This document shows, in pieces, positions 18,009 to 20,000 of a stretch of 20,000 nucleotides of DNA. The notes under the pieces were generated by a model that ran no database searches, had not been told where the DNA came from, and worked only from the letters and a program-made list of their open reading frames with translations. Location: the NCBI GenBank assembly GCA_018649885.1, contig JABIHA010000036.1, positions 110,263 to 130,262 of the forward strand, in the 5' to 3' direction. This DNA is from Bacteriovoracaceae bacterium (GTDB lineage Bacteria > Bdellovibrionota > Bacteriovoracia > Bacteriovoracales > Bacteriovoracaceae). Position numbers and translations under genes: made by a program. Position 1 is the stretch's first letter; every line of letters starts with the position of its first letter.

Positions 18009-18036
18009 ATTATATACTTTTACCTCGCCACGTCAA
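18009..18036 (-). promoter_or_regulatory. Near-consensus sigma70 promoter for the leader-CDF-dsb operon
   Basis: Minus strand TTGACG (18036-18031), 16-nt spacer, TATAAT (18014-18009). Only 9 nt separate the -10 from ATG 17999. Confidence 0.7.
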
Positions 18037-18126
18037 TGTTCTTTCAAGGATTTAATTAGACAATTTTAAGTGGATTTGATCTTACCATTTTTGTTGATAA
18101 ACTATCCAGTTTTGTAAGTCTTATAT

Positions 18127-18153
18127 CCGTTCTTCAGCAGTAAATTTATATTT
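18127..18153. repeat. 27-bp direct repeat, copy 2 (putative IS end)
   Basis: CCGTTCTTCAGCAGTAAATTTATATTT, 10 nt beyond the transposase stop at 18164. Matches 14130-14156. Confidence 0.85.
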
Positions 18154-18535
18154 CAGGGGAGGGTTAGGAATACCCGTATATTCTCATGGCATCACTGCCA
18201 AACATCTCAATGACTGTTTTGGCAGCTTTTGTGATGCCTTTTATTTCCCTTACCCAGTCATTTTTAAACTTTAAAGTGACGACTCTAACGTCTCGAAGCT
18301 GCTCAAACGCCCATCTAAGGGAGGGGTTGTTGGTATTTTTGCCGAGCTGGTTAGGAATAGATCTTTTGTTTTGTTTAAGATTTTTTCTAAGGACGTATTC
18401 CCCAAGATTGTGAATGAATAAGATTAGGGCCATCACAACCATAATTGCTTGAATGCGATCAACCCGTTTGAAGTAGATTCCTTTTCGGAGAAATGCTAAG
18501 TCTTTAAAAAGCTTGAACTGTGCTTCAATATTACC
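18127..18535 (-). mobile_element. IS1634-family-like insertion sequence remnant, copy 2 (transposase C-terminus plus end sequence)
   Basis: GNIEAQFKLFKDLAFLRKGIYFKRVDRIQAIMVVMALILFIHNLGEYVLRKNL...IPNQLGKNTNNPSLRWAFE, a typical IS1634 C-terminus. Similarity to copy 1 stops near 18535. Confidence 0.82.
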
Positions 18536-18684
18536 TTCAAGACTATCTTGTTTTCGTTAGCACTATACAGGCCAAGGATGGTTACTACATTACATTCCAT
18601 CATTTTTCATTTGGGATATGGTTTAATCGTTTTATTTAAAATGTGTGATTAAAGTGGTATGTTATCTCTCGTTGGGAGGTAGCT

Positions 18685-19554
18685 TTGTCACTACGAAATT
18701 TATCGGATCAAAGACTTATTGAAGATACTAAAATGTGGAATGAAAAAGAGGAACTTTGCACTCGCCAGTTCCTCCGGCACATTAATGAGGTTAATAGACG
18801 AAGGCTTTTTTGTGATGATAAGACGGGCTCACTGTTTAAATATATTCGCAAAAATTTTAATAAAAGTGATAGTGAAACAAGTCGCAGGATTTTAGCAGCC
18901 AAAACACTTAGGCATGTACCCAGTGCCGATAAAGCTTTAGCAAATAAACAGGTGACACTTACAAACCTAGCAGAAGTTGGAAGCCTAGTCGGCGATATCA
19001 AAAGCAATAAAAAGAAAAATGAAATTCTAGAAAAGATTAAGGGAAAAACCCAAACTCAAACAAGAGAGTTGGTGGAGGAAATAACCGGAAAGAAGCGTGC
19101 CACCAGGTCTAAGTCACTATGTCACTCAGATGGAAGTATTAGAATCCATCTGACTCTTAAGGGCCAAACAGCAAATGATTATCAGTTTCTCAAAGAACAA
19201 CTTTCTAATAAAGGAATTTATAAACCAGAAGAGCTTATTGGACACACAATTAACCTCGTGGCTGAATCTATCAGAAAAAAGATCATGGGTATTGGATCTA
19301 GAAAAACTAAAGTGATGACAAACTCTAGAACTATTTCAGCTGCGATAAAAAAAGCTGTCATAACAAGATCTGGTAATAAATGCGAAAACTGCAGGTCTAA
19401 ATACAACCTCCACTTTGATCACATTATCCCTTACAGTATTTCAAAATCATCGACGATTGGTAACGTGCGCCAGTTATGCTCAAATTGTAATGCAAGAGCT
19501 GCTATCATGGCGCTTTCACAGGAAAAAATGGATTTATATATAAACCAGGGTTAG
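18685..19554 (+). CDS. HNH endonuclease with long helical N-terminal domain
   Basis: GGAGG SD then TTG. C-terminal CENC...LHFDHIIPYSISKSSTIGNVRQLCSNCN (two CxxC motifs, DH..P, N, N). Basic N-terminal region LRHINEVNRRRLF...SLFKY...SRRILAAK. Confidence 0.88.
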   Translation: MSLRNLSDQRLIEDTKMWNEKEELCTRQFLRHINEVNRRRLFCDDKTGSLFKYIRKNFNKSDSETSRRILAAKTLRHVPSADKALANKQVTLTNLAEVGSLVGDIKSNKKKNEILEKIKGKTQTQTRELVEEITGKKRATRSKSLCHSDGSIRIHLTLKGQTANDYQFLKEQLSNKGIYKPEELIGHTINLVAESIRKKIMGIGSRKTKVMTNSRTISAAIKKAVITRSGNKCENCRSKYNLHFDHIIPYSISKSSTIGNVRQLCSNCNARAAIMALSQEKMDLYINQG

Positions 19555-19882
19555 AAAATTCTCAAATCACCCTCAAATTTGTCTATTGCCCGGTGATGGC
19601 CATCAAACTGCGCCAAAAAAAGTAACTTGCTTAACCGTCAAAAAAATCAAACGCGGAAGCAACCATCCGGCCACAAATTCAACATTTCCATAAAAGAATT
19701 TGCTACCAAGGTATTTAAATTTAGCTGAAGCTCGACATCAATAAAAAACGACTTTGTTTAAAAATCTCCGCCTTGATAAGAGGCGCCCCTCGACCATGAT
19801 AAAACCCACTAGACTTTCTAGCGCCGTGAAGAGCAGATTACGTTCAGCTCAAATATTACCGACATAAAACTAAGGTTCAATA

Positions 19883-19949
19883 ATACGATTATACGATTAT
19901 ACGATTATACGATTATACGATTATACGATTATACGATTATACGATTATA
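19883..19949. repeat. Perfect tandem repeat (ATACGATT)x8 plus ATA
   Basis: Eight exact 8-bp units counted from 19883 to 19946, plus a 3-nt partial unit. Confidence 0.97.
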
Positions 19950-20000
19950 AGAACTGGTATTTCAGAATAAAATTAATTCTCTAGTCGATTATTTTTCTAA

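Noticed and set aside
14119..18126. Target-site duplications for the IS remnants
   Set aside because: The flanks next to the two ends differ (CTTACGG versus CTTATAT) and the opposite ends are missing, so no duplication can be established.
18536..18610. 5' end of the IS1634 transposase (HLGL-like reading on the minus strand)
   Set aside because: It needs a frameshift to read, is very short, and no inverted copy of the 27-bp end is present nearby.
18685..19554. IscB/Cas9-like RNA-guided nuclease
   Set aside because: No RuvC motifs, PLMP N-terminus or bridge helix are recognisable; only a terminal HNH domain is present.
19883..19949. CRISPR array
   Set aside because: The units are 8 bp and contiguous with no spacers, and there are no cas genes in the window.

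Overview
Bacterial chromosomal window. The gene complement suggests a Bdellovibrionota (Bacteriovorax/Halobacteriovorax-like) host, but this is an inference only. The left ~13.9 kb looks like core genome: a coupled pair of aldehyde dehydrogenase (ALDH) genes whose second member lacks the catalytic domain, a large type IV prepilin-like protein, nadA-nadB, a ChoD-like GMC oxidoreductase, two large secreted orphan proteins and a PuuB/OrdL-like FAD oxidoreductase. The right ~6 kb is accessory. Two decayed, co-oriented IS1634-like remnants sharing a 27-bp end sequence bracket a largely AT-rich cargo. The cargo comprises a PsiE-family gene, a probable DUF21/CNNM gene scar, and a minus-strand operon: Cys-rich exported leader ORF, unannotated frameshifted Cys/His lipoprotein, CDF transporter lacking its C-terminal domain, dsbB and dsbA. 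An HNH endonuclease and an 8-bp tandem repeat follow. The best candidate for an undescribed system is the operon leader. It has a signal peptide, a Cys cluster and a C-terminal Pro-Pro, and its last codons form one arm of a 19-nt hairpin that sequesters the next gene's Shine-Dalgarno. This is the architecture of a metal-sensing ribosome-arrest switch (CutF/CruR-like), here upstream of a metal-transport plus disulfide-formation module.
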